From the IMG/VR virus record IMGVR_UViG_3300020048_000018, positions 1 through 64,000 of that record: 64,000 bases of DNA; one strand, given 5' to 3'. This document shows positions 48,266-57,417 of the stretch, piece after piece. The notes beneath the pieces are model-generated. The model had not been told where the DNA came from and made no database searches. It saw nothing but the letters and a program-made list of their open reading frames with translations. The DNA is from a virus. Within the stretch, counting starts at the first letter, position 1. Each line of letters starts with the position of its first letter. The translations under genes were made by a program, and so were the position numbers.

Positions 48266-49924
48266 ATGAAACGTATTTTTATTGGAATTGCAATCGTAGT
48301 TGTTGCACTTGGACTGGGAATTGGTTACAAGATGACCTTGGGGGGAACTTCAACTTCCACATCGGCAAAAAAAGATGCAGGCGGTTACACCTTCGCAAAA
48401 GCTGAACCCCTTACCGTTACAGGGGTTGGTGGCTACCAGCTTTCCTCCGTAGACCTTGGTGATGGACAGGTTCCCCTCATTCAGATTCCTCTGGACACAT
48501 GGGGTGGATACGCTTCTCTGTTTGCGGCAAACGGAGGTTCAAAGCCCAACAAGGATTCACTCTTTTACAAGAAGGGTAAATTTGCAGTAGAACTTATTAA
48601 TGAGGAAAGTGCTTCTGCACAGCTCTCAGGATATTCCTCTGGTCGCTATCCTATTATTTGGGCACCCATGGACAGCCTTCCCCTTTTGTTTGATGCATTT
48701 CGTTCCGACAAGCGCATTGCTCCAAAAGTGCTTGGACTCTTTGATTGGTCTTCTGGTGGGGATGGTATTATCGTTCGTAACTCAATCAAGAATCCTGCGG
48801 ATCTCAAAGGTAAGATTGTACTCACATCGAGCAATACTCCTTACAGCTTCCTTCTTCTCTGGTACTTGTCGCAGGTAGGTCTTGCTGGGACGGACGTAAA
48901 GGTTGTATGGGTGGACGATGGTGACAAAGCCTTGAAGATGTTCAAGGAAGATGAAAATATTTCAGCTTGGGTTTCATGGACACCTTACATTAATGATGTG
49001 GTGAACTCTACCTCAGAAAGTCATATTCCAAATACCCGTCTCCTTATTTCTTCCAAGGATGCAAATCAGCTTATCGCTGATACGTTCATCGTTCGGAATG
49101 ACCTTTTTCAGGACAAGCCTGATATGATGGTTGCTTTTGTTGAAGCAGTAGTTGAAGGTACTCAGATGATTGATACTACCACCTACAATGCCATGGCAAC
49201 TTTTTATAAACTGAAAAGTGCTGGGGAAGCAAAAGCAATGCTTGATGATGTTCATCTTGCAAACTTTACAGAAATGAAAATGTTCTTCGAGGATACAAAC
49301 CCTATTGGTGCTTACAAAGTATTTCTTCTCTCACAGGAATACTACAAGCAGATGGGTGTTATTGCTCCTGCAAACTCTTATGACCCTGAGCGTGTTCTTA
49401 CAAATACAATCATGGCTAAGATTGATGCAACTGGTGCTTACAAGAACCAGAAGAATATGATGATTGACTCTTTCAACAAAAAAGCCGCATTTGATATTTC
49501 TGACCTTGAAAATCAGCGTGTTGTTTTGACGAATGATGTTAAATTGTTCTTTGAAGCCCAGAAGCTTGAGTTTGACCTTAACTCGGGCACCCCAGAAATG
49601 ATTGAAAATAAAAGAATGCTGAACACCGTTTCTGAGCAGACAAAGTTCCTTGCTACCACCGTAGTAAAACTTATCGGACATCTCGATACTGCAAAAGTTG
49701 AGGAGTTCAAGTCAGCAGGAAATCAGAAGTTTATTGAAGCTTCCGCTCAGGCTAAATTGGTATCCAAGAAACGTGCAGAGTATGTCAAAAAACTTCTTGT
49801 AGAAACATATGGTGTTGACCCTGAACGTATCATTACTGAAGGTCGTGGATGGAGTGATCCAATTGAAGGTGGTGAGCCAGAAGCAAACCGCCGAGTAGTA
49901 GTCCAGTTTATTTCATTGGAGTAG
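48266..49924 (+). CDS. NitT/TauT (PBP2) substrate-binding domain fused to C-terminal OmpA-like peptidoglycan-binding domain
   Basis: N-terminal TM/signal; DWSSGGDGIIVR..IK..ADLKGK, W.PY, IAD....R; C-terminal RAEYVK..L...YGVDPERI...GRG...P...NRRV. Confidence 0.85.
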   Translation: MKRIFIGIAIVVVALGLGIGYKMTLGGTSTSTSAKKDAGGYTFAKAEPLTVTGVGGYQLSSVDLGDGQVPLIQIPLDTWGGYASLFAANGGSKPNKDSLFYKKGKFAVELINEESASAQLSGYSSGRYPIIWAPMDSLPLLFDAFRSDKRIAPKVLGLFDWSSGGDGIIVRNSIKNPADLKGKIVLTSSNTPYSFLLLWYLSQVGLAGTDVKVVWVDDGDKALKMFKEDENISAWVSWTPYINDVVNSTSESHIPNTRLLISSKDANQLIADTFIVRNDLFQDKPDMMVAFVEAVVEGTQMIDTTTYNAMATFYKLKSAGEAKAMLDDVHLANFTEMKMFFEDTNPIGAYKVFLLSQEYYKQMGVIAPANSYDPERVLTNTIMAKIDATGAYKNQKNMMIDSFNKKAAFDISDLENQRVVLTNDVKLFFEAQKLEFDLNSGTPEMIENKRMLNTVSEQTKFLATTVVKLIGHLDTAKVEEFKSAGNQKFIEASAQAKLVSKKRAEYVKKLLVETYGVDPERIITEGRGWSDPIEGGEPEANRRVVVQFISLE

Positions 49925-49927
49925 CAC

Positions 49928-50731
49928 TTGAAAAAAATATTTTTCATTCTTCTTGCAATGCTTTTGGTTGTTGGTTGTGAAAAAGCCCCGTCAGGGGTTT
50001 CCACAGGGACTTCTATTAAGGCAGTAAAAGTAAAGAAAGCCGGTTATGAGCTTCAGTTTTCTGACTCATTTAATGTAGGTATGAACCGAGTAGATGACTT
50101 CGGGATTTCGGTATCCCTCATTGTGGATGTTTCTGGTTCAATGAATGAATCTCCCAGAAGTGGAGGAAACAAAAAGTCTATCCAAGCTACTGATGCTTTG
50201 TTGACGATCATTGAATATATTGAGTCCATTTCAGAAAAACAGAAAGACCTGAAAATAAATGTTTCAGTTCTTAAGTTTGGAAGCTATGTAAACGAGGTGT
50301 ATCCTCTTACTACAATGACAAAAGAAGAGTTCCTTAAACTTAAGGGTTTGTGTACGTATAAGATGTTCGCCCCTTCAGATGGTACTGCAATTGGTAAAGC
50401 CTTGGAAAAAGGTAGTGAGGTTCTTGCTCAGTCAGGAACCATACTAAACAGTATGATACTTATTTCTGATGGTGAAAACTCCGTAGGGATTTCTCCTGAA
50501 CCCGTACTTCAAGGAATCTATGCAGATAATAACAATAAGAGTACCCCTGATTTTGTGGTTAATACTTCAACTCAGCTTATTAGCTTTATAGGTTTCGATG
50601 TAGGGTCAAATGTGTTCGACGGTATCAAACAATATGGTGCAAGAGTAAGTTCCGCAGGGAATCAGATAGAGCTTGAAGAAAGCCTCAAGGCATTGCTCGA
50701 AGCCGATATAACAAAACTCGAAAGCAACTAG
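49928..50731 (+). CDS. vWA-domain lipoprotein
   Basis: Lipobox LVVG-C; DVSGSM, GTAIG.AL, LISDGEN, IGFD. Confidence 0.85.
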   Translation: MKKIFFILLAMLLVVGCEKAPSGVSTGTSIKAVKVKKAGYELQFSDSFNVGMNRVDDFGISVSLIVDVSGSMNESPRSGGNKKSIQATDALLTIIEYIESISEKQKDLKINVSVLKFGSYVNEVYPLTTMTKEEFLKLKGLCTYKMFAPSDGTAIGKALEKGSEVLAQSGTILNSMILISDGENSVGISPEPVLQGIYADNNNKSTPDFVVNTSTQLISFIGFDVGSNVFDGIKQYGARVSSAGNQIELEESLKALLEADITKLESN

Positions 50732-50821
50732 CTTTCTTGTGAGTCCCTATTCCAGATTTGGCTGGCATCAATCTTTCGAGGGATTGGTGGGGTATAAACT
50801 TTAAGATTAAAGGAAAATAAT

Positions 50822-51442
50822 ATGGGAAGAAACTCTTACTATGGACATCAAAGAAGTGGAATGAAAAGGAAGTACTGGATTATAATTGCTGTTTCATTAA
50901 TAACTATTTGTACTCTTTCCTTTCTTGGGTTTCATACAACAGAGGGGAAATTGGCGGTTGTTTCAAAAAATTGGAATAGAACAATTGTAATTCAAAAATA
51001 TGATTGGGTTCATTATTCTCGTGAAAGTTCATTTGTACCGGATGGTGCAATTAATGTCCGTAAATGGACTGAAAGGGAAGTATCCCATTATACCGACTCA
51101 AATGGAAAAAGAAAATCAAGAACACACTATAATAATCATGTGTCTTATGATGTTCAGGAATGGTGCTTTTCTAGGGAAGTTTCTTCATCAGGTACACAAG
51201 ATACAGACCCATTTTGGGGAGCCTATATTTTGGCTAAAAATCCTCCCGAAAGAGAGGGGATAAAAGAACAGAAATACACAATCAACTTTCAACTGCAAGA
51301 AAGTATAAAAACAAAGGTTTATAAAACCAAGTCTTTCGAGGAGTATTCTTCTTTAAGCCTTGATAGGAATTATGTTTGCTCTATCAATGGATTTGGTTTT
51401 ATTACCAAAGTAAAAGATTTGTCTTTTGAGTGGAAGTACTAA
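50822..51442 (+). CDS. Membrane-anchored hypothetical protein
   Basis: One N-terminal TM helix followed by a beta-rich domain. Confidence 0.7.
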   Translation: MGRNSYYGHQRSGMKRKYWIIIAVSLITICTLSFLGFHTTEGKLAVVSKNWNRTIVIQKYDWVHYSRESSFVPDGAINVRKWTEREVSHYTDSNGKRKSRTHYNNHVSYDVQEWCFSREVSSSGTQDTDPFWGAYILAKNPPEREGIKEQKYTINFQLQESIKTKVYKTKSFEEYSSLSLDRNYVCSINGFGFITKVKDLSFEWKY

Positions 51443-51703
51443 ATGAAACATATTTTAGTTATCTGTATATTTTGTCTTCTGTTTGTTTCCTGTGAAAAAC
51501 GTACCCCTGATGAGTTAGTAGGCACCTATGTGTATACCTATGGAAAACCTGCTGAGGTGCATATGTATAAGGGATCTTGGGAATCTAAGGAATACATCTT
51601 TTATAAGGATGGTACAAAGGTTTCTATAACCTACCAAAAAGGCTTGAGAGGTTGGTATGTTCATGAGCTTGATATTGTGAACAATTATTATATAGAAAGG
51701 TAG
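51443..51703 (+). CDS. Small lipoprotein
   Basis: Lipobox LFVS-C. Confidence 0.65.
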   Translation: MKHILVICIFCLLFVSCEKRTPDELVGTYVYTYGKPAEVHMYKGSWESKEYIFYKDGTKVSITYQKGLRGWYVHELDIVNNYYIER

Positions 51704-51705
51704 AG

Positions 51706-51746
51706 AAAGTTTTGAACTTTTCCTTAAACTCCTATATATTATATAG
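51706..51746 (+). promoter_or_regulatory. Conserved phage early promoter, copy 9
   Basis: Consensus match. Confidence 0.8.
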
Positions 51747-51763
51747 GAGGAAACAAGGAAATT

Positions 51764-52189
51764 ATGCTGTTTTATCGGGTTGAAACCATAAACAATGAAG
51801 GTCCGTATATCAACACCTGTGAACTTAAGCTGATGGATTGGCTTGAGATGGAGGGTGTGACGGATAATTATGGAAGTTTATATGAAAAATATATGAGAGA
51901 TCACCCGTCTCCTTTGGGAGATGATAGAGAACTCTATAATAGTTTCTATAAAGATCATACTATGATCAATGACTATATTTATGGATTCAAGTCCTTGGAA
52001 CAACTAAACGCATGGTTTAATCTAAAGGAAGAAAAAGAATATCTTAAACATTACAATTTTTTTATCTCAACTTATAAGATTAAGACTTTACAGGATTCCT
52101 TCTTTTCCTCTACCTTCCAAATGGTAGCAAAAAAAGAGAGTTTGAATTTAGTTATGAGAGAAAAAATCTGGTTTTATAAAACTTGGTGA
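51764..52189 (+). CDS. Hypothetical phage protein
   Basis: Follows promoter. Confidence 0.75.
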   Translation: MLFYRVETINNEGPYINTCELKLMDWLEMEGVTDNYGSLYEKYMRDHPSPLGDDRELYNSFYKDHTMINDYIYGFKSLEQLNAWFNLKEEKEYLKHYNFFISTYKIKTLQDSFFSSTFQMVAKKESLNLVMREKIWFYKTW

Positions 52190-52219
52190 TTTTCAAGAAA
52201 TTTTTGGAGGGATAGAGAT

Positions 52220-52507
52220 ATGGAAACTTTTATTTTAGAGGTAATTGAAGCAATAAAATGCCAGATAGTTGTTGCACTGGTAATACTGTGGAAAATTTTT
52301 TATGCTATTGTAGTTTACATATTATTATCTCTTTGTCTTGGAGGTCTTGCATCTCTGGTTACTTGGGATATAACTTACTTAAAATCGGTTCTATTCATCT
52401 GGATATCTCCAAAAGAATATCCCTTTCATATACAATTGATTGTGGTACGAGTTATTTTTTGGATAGGTTCTATCTGTGTGGCACTCGAAGATGAAACCTT
52501 AGTTTAA
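52220..52507 (+). CDS. Membrane protein
   Basis: Hydrophobic segments; RBS GGAGG. Confidence 0.65.
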   Translation: METFILEVIEAIKCQIVVALVILWKIFYAIVVYILLSLCLGGLASLVTWDITYLKSVLFIWISPKEYPFHIQLIVVRVIFWIGSICVALEDETLV

Positions 52508-52535
52508 GACTAGAACATTATGTAAGGGGATACTT

Positions 52536-52841
52536 ATGGAAAATATAGACGATCTGCTAATAGAAAAAGAAACCATTGAAACTCGGTTGGGTTCTCTTTA
52601 CAAGATAGATATCGAGTTAAACAAACTTTACCTGCCTGATGAATATGACGTAAGAGAAAGCCTATACCTATTAGACTTGGAAAAATCTAAGCTTGAATCC
52701 CGTCTAAACGTGGTCAACAGCGGTATTTTTAGGTTTCAAAATCTTTGTTCGCACACGCCTCTTTACTTTGGCTCTGATGGAATCAGTGTTCTTTCCATCT
52801 GTAAAATATGCTCAAAACATTCCGTGGAGAAACGAATATGA
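52536..52841 (+). CDS. Hypothetical protein
   Basis: ORF track. Confidence 0.65.
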   Translation: MENIDDLLIEKETIETRLGSLYKIDIELNKLYLPDEYDVRESLYLLDLEKSKLESRLNVVNSGIFRFQNLCSHTPLYFGSDGISVLSICKICSKHSVEKRI

Positions 52842-53419
52842 GATCCCTTTTATACATAGGACAACAACCAAAGAATACGGGGGAAAATTGCCCTCTTTAC
52901 AAATGTATTTTTTGTGGGGACGAAACAAGTCAGAATAAAGGCTCTTGCATCTGCAAAGAATCTGTAGAGTTTTTAACTATGCCTGAAAGTGAAGCAACTG
53001 CCTTTAAGGAATTACATCAAAAGTTTTTTGTTGCAAAATTTGGAAAAAAGAATATTCAAGTTTTTTCTGATAAGGATGCCTACATGCTCTTTGTAGCTGT
53101 CAATGTAGAAAGACTTAAACTCGAAAGGGAGAGACAGGAAAACCAAGCCCGAGTAGATAGAATACGGTATGAAGAATATCGTATAGCTTCAGAACTTAGA
53201 CATAAAGAATATATAGAGTCTGAAAGGTTGAGGAGTATTAAGAGTAAAGAAGTTCTGGTAGCTTCCAGTATCAAAGAACTTCTTTCCTATCTTGTACACT
53301 TTATAGATAAATGTCAGTCCACCGGAAACTATGGAGAAGTTCCTACGGAAGAAAACTTCAAGGAATATGCAAACATGGAGGAAGTAATCGCATATGTTAC
53401 CTCAGAATATTTGGAGTAG
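52838..53419 (+). CDS. Hypothetical protein (Cys cluster + coiled coil)
   Basis: ATG 52838 follows GGAG. Confidence 0.65.
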   Translation: MRSLLYIGQQPKNTGENCPLYKCIFCGDETSQNKGSCICKESVEFLTMPESEATAFKELHQKFFVAKFGKKNIQVFSDKDAYMLFVAVNVERLKLERERQENQARVDRIRYEEYRIASELRHKEYIESERLRSIKSKEVLVASSIKELLSYLVHFIDKCQSTGNYGEVPTEENFKEYANMEEVIAYVTSEYLE

Positions 53420-53422
53420 TTT

Positions 53423-53746
53423 ATGAAAAAGATAATTGGAAAGTCTATTTGTCCTTTTTGCCACGGATGTAAAATAACCCCCTTCGTAGGGGGTCTTTCA
53501 CAGAACTGTAGTTCCTGTGATGATAAGGGTATGATAGACAATAAATGGCTGTATGATCATGATTTGGAGGATTGGATAACCGATAAGTCAAACATAATAA
53601 TTATGCCTAAGGTTGTAGGAAAAGAAGACATTAAAGAAATACGGAACCTTGCCCTCTCTATTATTGAATCCTCGGATAAGTACAAGGTGGTTTCCATACT
53701 TGCAAAGAGTATTATAACTCTCTGTGAAAAAGAACTTACATGCTAA
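53423..53746 (+). CDS. Hypothetical protein with DnaJ-type Zn-finger-like motif
   Basis: CPFCHG...CSSCDDKG. Confidence 0.6.
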   Translation: MKKIIGKSICPFCHGCKITPFVGGLSQNCSSCDDKGMIDNKWLYDHDLEDWITDKSNIIIMPKVVGKEDIKEIRNLALSIIESSDKYKVVSILAKSIITLCEKELTC

Positions 53747-53967
53747 TTTCTTTTTGGAAGAACTTTTGTAAAGTGTTTTGGAGAAGGCTAGGTCGTTGTG
53801 ATGGATGCGGTTCAAACTGTAAAAACTTTGGAGCTACCAGAAGAAGAATGAATACCGCATATACAAATGAAGAATCAAACTTTGCATTTGTTTGTGAAGA
53901 TTGTTATAAAGAAATTTATGACCATTATGAAGAAATGTGGAAAGATTACTATGGAGGATTATTATAA
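53740..53967 (+). CDS. Small Zn-finger protein
   Basis: CDGCG...VCEDC. Confidence 0.6.
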   Translation: MLISFWKNFCKVFWRRLGRCDGCGSNCKNFGATRRRMNTAYTNEESNFAFVCEDCYKEIYDHYEEMWKDYYGGLL

Positions 53968-54366
53968 ATGAAAACTATTCATGTAGAAGACTCTACTTTT
54001 GAAATAGAGGACTGCAAATATAATGTGGGACTTCAATTAGCTTTTGCTTATGCAACAGACAAAACAAACAAGCAAGAGTTTGCTCTTTCGAGAACACAAG
54101 TACAAGAACTCCTTAAGGAAATAAACTGGTACAATGATATTCTTCAAAAGGCTAAGATATTTCCAATATTTAAGTCTCAAAAATTGAGAGATTCCAAATT
54201 GATTGATACCATACACTCCCATCCTCAGGCAGTTGAAAGGTATAGGAAAGGGGATATACTTATGGCTACCCAAGACGTTGCAGAAAATCCTTCCTATGGT
54301 TTTGGAGAAATGGACGATTATGGTTTCTTTGAGTTTCCTCTTTATTTTTTGGAGGCATTGGCATGA
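53968..54366 (+). CDS. Hypothetical protein
   Basis: ORF track. Confidence 0.65.
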   Translation: MKTIHVEDSTFEIEDCKYNVGLQLAFAYATDKTNKQEFALSRTQVQELLKEINWYNDILQKAKIFPIFKSQKLRDSKLIDTIHSHPQAVERYRKGDILMATQDVAENPSYGFGEMDDYGFFEFPLYFLEALA

Positions 54367-54653
54367 TAAGTGACAGAATTGAACAGCTTCAAAAAGAACT
54401 AAGAGAAGAAGAAAGAAAGATGTCTCAGTGCAAACATACTTTCACCCCACCTGTCTATGACGCTGAAATACGGAAAGTAGGTTATGGAAACAGGTTTGTA
54501 CAATTAGGCTCTGACTCCTACACTGACTTCGATGGATTTGAGGATAAGGAATTTCCAAGGTGGTCGAGGAAATGTAGCAAGTGTGGTTTTAAGGAATATA
54601 CTTCAAAGAAAATTGCTATCGTATCTTCCTATGAACCAGACTTTAGAAAATGA
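54363..54653 (+). CDS. Hypothetical protein
   Basis: C.H...CSKCG. Confidence 0.65.
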   Translation: MISDRIEQLQKELREEERKMSQCKHTFTPPVYDAEIRKVGYGNRFVQLGSDSYTDFDGFEDKEFPRWSRKCSKCGFKEYTSKKIAIVSSYEPDFRK

Positions 54654-54868
54654 AAAAGGTCTCTCTTTCAAATTTGGTTTTTATAAAAACGTCCTCTAGC
54701 CGTTTCGACAATGAAATGTCTCATGCTATTGTTGATCAGGTGAAAAAGAAATCTGGACTTATTGTAGCAATGTTGGAAGACGGTAGCACAATCCCCTTCG
54801 GAGAACTTACTGAAAAGAAATGTTCACAAATGACTTGTAGTAATTGTGAGTACCATAATAAGGAATAG
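54650..54868 (+). CDS. Hypothetical protein
   Basis: ORF track. Confidence 0.6.
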   Translation: MKKVSLSNLVFIKTSSSRFDNEMSHAIVDQVKKKSGLIVAMLEDGSTIPFGELTEKKCSQMTCSNCEYHNKE

Positions 54869-54870
54869 AT

Positions 54871-55053
54871 ATGAGAATACTTGGTGACGCATCTAAAGAT
54901 ATAGAGAAGAAAAAAATTTGTAAAAACTGTGGTACAATAATTGGATATCTTCCTATAGATGTAAAAGAACACATTGCGAAAGATTATGGCGGTGGAAGTG
55001 ATTTGATACGATATATCAAATGCCCTAAATGCTCAGTAACTATAGAACTATAA
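54871..55053 (+). CDS. Small Zn-ribbon protein
   Basis: CKNCG...KCPKC. Confidence 0.65.
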   Translation: MRILGDASKDIEKKKICKNCGTIIGYLPIDVKEHIAKDYGGGSDLIRYIKCPKCSVTIEL

Positions 55054-55068
55054 AAAGGAAATTAAATA

Positions 55069-55227
55069 ATGGAAAATAAATTGTATAATACAAGCCTTGA
55101 TATTCAGAACGATTTTGAAACAGAGACTAATCGAGATTGTTTCCCAAGTAGTTGCTTTTCGGATATATATGTGGCTTGGCTTGAGAATAAAATAATAAAG
55201 CTTACCCATGAACAGGGACTTAAATGA
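55069..55227 (+). CDS. Small hypothetical protein (52 aa)
   Basis: Manual translation MENKLYN...; RBS AAGGA. Confidence 0.5.
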   Translation: MENKLYNTSLDIQNDFETETNRDCFPSSCFSDIYVAWLENKIIKLTHEQGLK

Positions 55228-55607
55228 AATGTGATATATTATATTTTTCTGATAGACTAGGATTTGAGGATGATGTTTATTTATTTAAGAAAATACTTGA
55301 ACATGCTGAGTTCACTCCTACCTCTTTGATTCATACCTATGACGTAATATATCAGGACGATGTTTCTGGTAAAGACTTAATATTTTTAGACTATGGTGGA
55401 TTATCAAAGGGTCAGGAATATTTTAAGATGGTAAGGCATTATCATAAACTAATAATCGAAAACCAAGAGAAGCAATTTATCATTGCTCTCACCATGCCAA
55501 AATGGTTTTACGAAAGCGAAGAAATCTTTTCTGAACCTAATGTATTATGTTTTGATAGATTTGATAATAGCTCGTATGAAAAACTTTTCAAACCCTACAA
55601 GGAGTAA
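55224..55607 (+). CDS. Hypothetical protein
   Basis: ORF track. Confidence 0.65.
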   Translation: MKCDILYFSDRLGFEDDVYLFKKILEHAEFTPTSLIHTYDVIYQDDVSGKDLIFLDYGGLSKGQEYFKMVRHYHKLIIENQEKQFIIALTMPKWFYESEEIFSEPNVLCFDRFDNSSYEKLFKPYKE

Positions 55608-55609
55608 TT

Positions 55610-55825
55610 ATGAAATGTGTATGTGGTTACTTTCATTTAGAAGACTGGGAGATTAAAGATCAACCCGAACTTGAATCTACCAATGGAAAAGAAAAATTTG
55701 AGAGTTTCTCACTTGTTGGTACGGGTGAAGTATACCATCCACGAGGATCTTTTTCGGGAGCCGTGGAAAAAACTTTCCACATCTGTCCTGTATGTGGTAC
55801 AGTACAATGTAAGAAGTGGTGTTGA
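55610..55825 (+). CDS. Small Zn-ribbon protein
   Basis: CVCG...CPVCG. Confidence 0.65.
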   Translation: MKCVCGYFHLEDWEIKDQPELESTNGKEKFESFSLVGTGEVYHPRGSFSGAVEKTFHICPVCGTVQCKKWC

Positions 55826-55826
55826 T

Positions 55827-56045
55827 ATGTTTTATATATTTAGTGGAATGATCTACTTGGTAATTTCAACTCTTGATGGAATACATGATTATGATATTTG
55901 GACATATCTATGGATGACAACAGGTATACTTTTCATAATCTTAGGGGTTGTTAAAAATGAAAAGGAACTTAAAGTTTTGAGAAGAAAAGATTTTTTCAGA
56001 ACTGAATTAGAAAAGTCTCAAGCTAAAGTTGAAAATAGGAGATAG
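55827..56045 (+). CDS. Small membrane protein
   Basis: Two hydrophobic segments from MFYIF. Confidence 0.55.
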   Translation: MFYIFSGMIYLVISTLDGIHDYDIWTYLWMTTGILFIILGVVKNEKELKVLRRKDFFRTELEKSQAKVENRR

Positions 56046-56050
56046 GAAGT

Positions 56051-56503
56051 ATGAAAACAATTGCAGAATTGAACAAGGAACGTTTGACTATTCGTACAAC
56101 GAATCCTGTAAGGGCAAAAGCTCTTATGATGTTGATTGATGGTGCAACTAAAAAAGCAAAATCAGAAAACCGTGAAGTTACAGAACAAGATATTCTGGAA
56201 ACCGCAAAGATGTTTGCATCTCAGGCAACAAAGGATATTAATGAAATCAAAGAAAAGCGTATCAAGTTTAATATTACTACGCCGGTTGATTTCTCTTCGT
56301 ATGAAGAAGATATAAAGTTCTATAAGGAGTTTCTTCCCGCAGAAGTAGAGCCTTTGTCTGTTGAAGAAATGAAAGCTGTATTAGCTTCGACAGGTATCGA
56401 ACTTGTAAAAAGTAATCGGGGAAGGATTTCTGGTGCAGTAAAAAACATTCCCCGAGTAAATATGAAGGAAATGGCAAACTTGCTGAATGAGATTTTAACC
56501 TAA
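56051..56503 (+). CDS. GatB/YqeY-domain protein
   Basis: K..NREVTEQDIL...K....EE.I.FYKEFLP...LS.EE...V...G...A.K...RVNMK......L pattern. Confidence 0.7.
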   Translation: MKTIAELNKERLTIRTTNPVRAKALMMLIDGATKKAKSENREVTEQDILETAKMFASQATKDINEIKEKRIKFNITTPVDFSSYEEDIKFYKEFLPAEVEPLSVEEMKAVLASTGIELVKSNRGRISGAVKNIPRVNMKEMANLLNEILT

Positions 56504-56829
56504 TGTCTGAATTAATAAATTCCCCAATAGGTGAATATGATTTTCAGAAACAATGGGATTTGGCATATCCTAACTTCAAGAAGCTTTTTGATCTTGACTC
56601 AAGATCACTTGTTGAAAAAGTCAAGGATATTTGTGTGAGCCTACCAAAAGACTTTATTACAGGTAAATGGAAGGTGAAAAAAGTTATTCAGGATGATATA
56701 CCTTGGGAAATAACCCTTGAATTTTATGATTCCATTTGGATTACTCCTTTTGGTATTAAACTTAAAGAAGAATATGGTTACACAAAGGATTTGTATACTT
56801 ATTCCCAACTAGCTGATTTAAGTCTTTAA
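56503..56829 (+). CDS. Hypothetical protein
   Basis: ORF track. Confidence 0.65.
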   Translation: MSELINSPIGEYDFQKQWDLAYPNFKKLFDLDSRSLVEKVKDICVSLPKDFITGKWKVKKVIQDDIPWEITLEFYDSIWITPFGIKLKEEYGYTKDLYTYSQLADLSL

Positions 56830-56838
56830 TTACCTCCC

Positions 56839-56866
56839 TAATACCCCTTTTTAGGGGTATTTTTAT
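56839..56866 (+). terminator. Intrinsic terminator
   Basis: aatacccct-tttt-aggggtatt-ttt. Confidence 0.75.
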
Positions 56867-56874
56867 TTTTAAAT

Positions 56875-56916
56875 AAAGTTTTGAACTTTTCTTGAAAATC
56901 CTATATATTATATATG
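56875..56916 (+). promoter_or_regulatory. Conserved phage early promoter, copy 10
   Basis: Consensus match. Confidence 0.8.
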
Positions 56917-56951
56917 TAGAGACAAAGAGTAGGTGAAAAAGGAAGGAACGT

Positions 56952-57143
56952 ATGAAGCCAGTAGATAAACTTAAGATTATGACCTATTGTAATGATATGG
57001 TTAGTTCTCTTAAAAAAACTTCAACCACTCTTAATCCTGATAATCCTCCCTATGTTAATTTACTTAAGAATTCCGAGCTATATGGTCAGGGTAAAGCTTA
57101 CGCAGATATCCTTGTCAAACTAGCAGATGGAACCTTCAACTGA
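56952..57143 (+). CDS. Small hypothetical protein
   Basis: Follows promoter and RBS. Confidence 0.7.
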   Translation: MKPVDKLKIMTYCNDMVSSLKKTSTTLNPDNPPYVNLLKNSELYGQGKAYADILVKLADGTFN

Positions 57144-57311
57144 AGTAAGCACTATAGGAGAAATAATGCATTATCATTAGCTATGTGAACCTGTTTGCAA
57201 GTGAATAATCTTGATGCTACAAAAATCTTCAACTAAGAAAGGAATGCCATTATGACGTATACCTAGTACGGAGTTCCCTCCAAACTAATAAATGAAATAA
57301 TTTAATTCGGT

Positions 57312-57343
57312 CAAGACCCTCCTATTGGAGGGTCTTTTTTTTT
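57312..57343 (+). terminator. Intrinsic terminator
   Basis: aagaccctcc-tatt-ggagggtctt-ttttttt. Confidence 0.85.
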
Positions 57344-57357
57344 CAATTATTTTCAAG

Positions 57358-57400
57358 AAAGTTTTGAACTTTTTCTGAATATCCTATATATTATATATGT
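57358..57400 (+). promoter_or_regulatory. Conserved phage early promoter, copy 11
   Basis: Consensus match. Confidence 0.8.
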
Positions 57401-57417
57401 AAGGAAAAAGGGAGTTA

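Noticed and set aside
47150-50004. Minus-strand ORFs within telA and the PBP-OmpA gene (47150, 47786, 48646, 49013, 49331, 49513, 49747) and similar short antisense ORFs elsewhere
   Set aside because: They fully overlap well-supported genes on the opposite strand and have no RBS or recognisable motifs.
46434-50731. Higher GC of the telA module as proof of recent horizontal transfer
   Set aside because: Hand-sampled lines of cca look similarly GC-enriched, so the signal may reflect expression-linked codon bias. A computed codon-usage analysis is needed.
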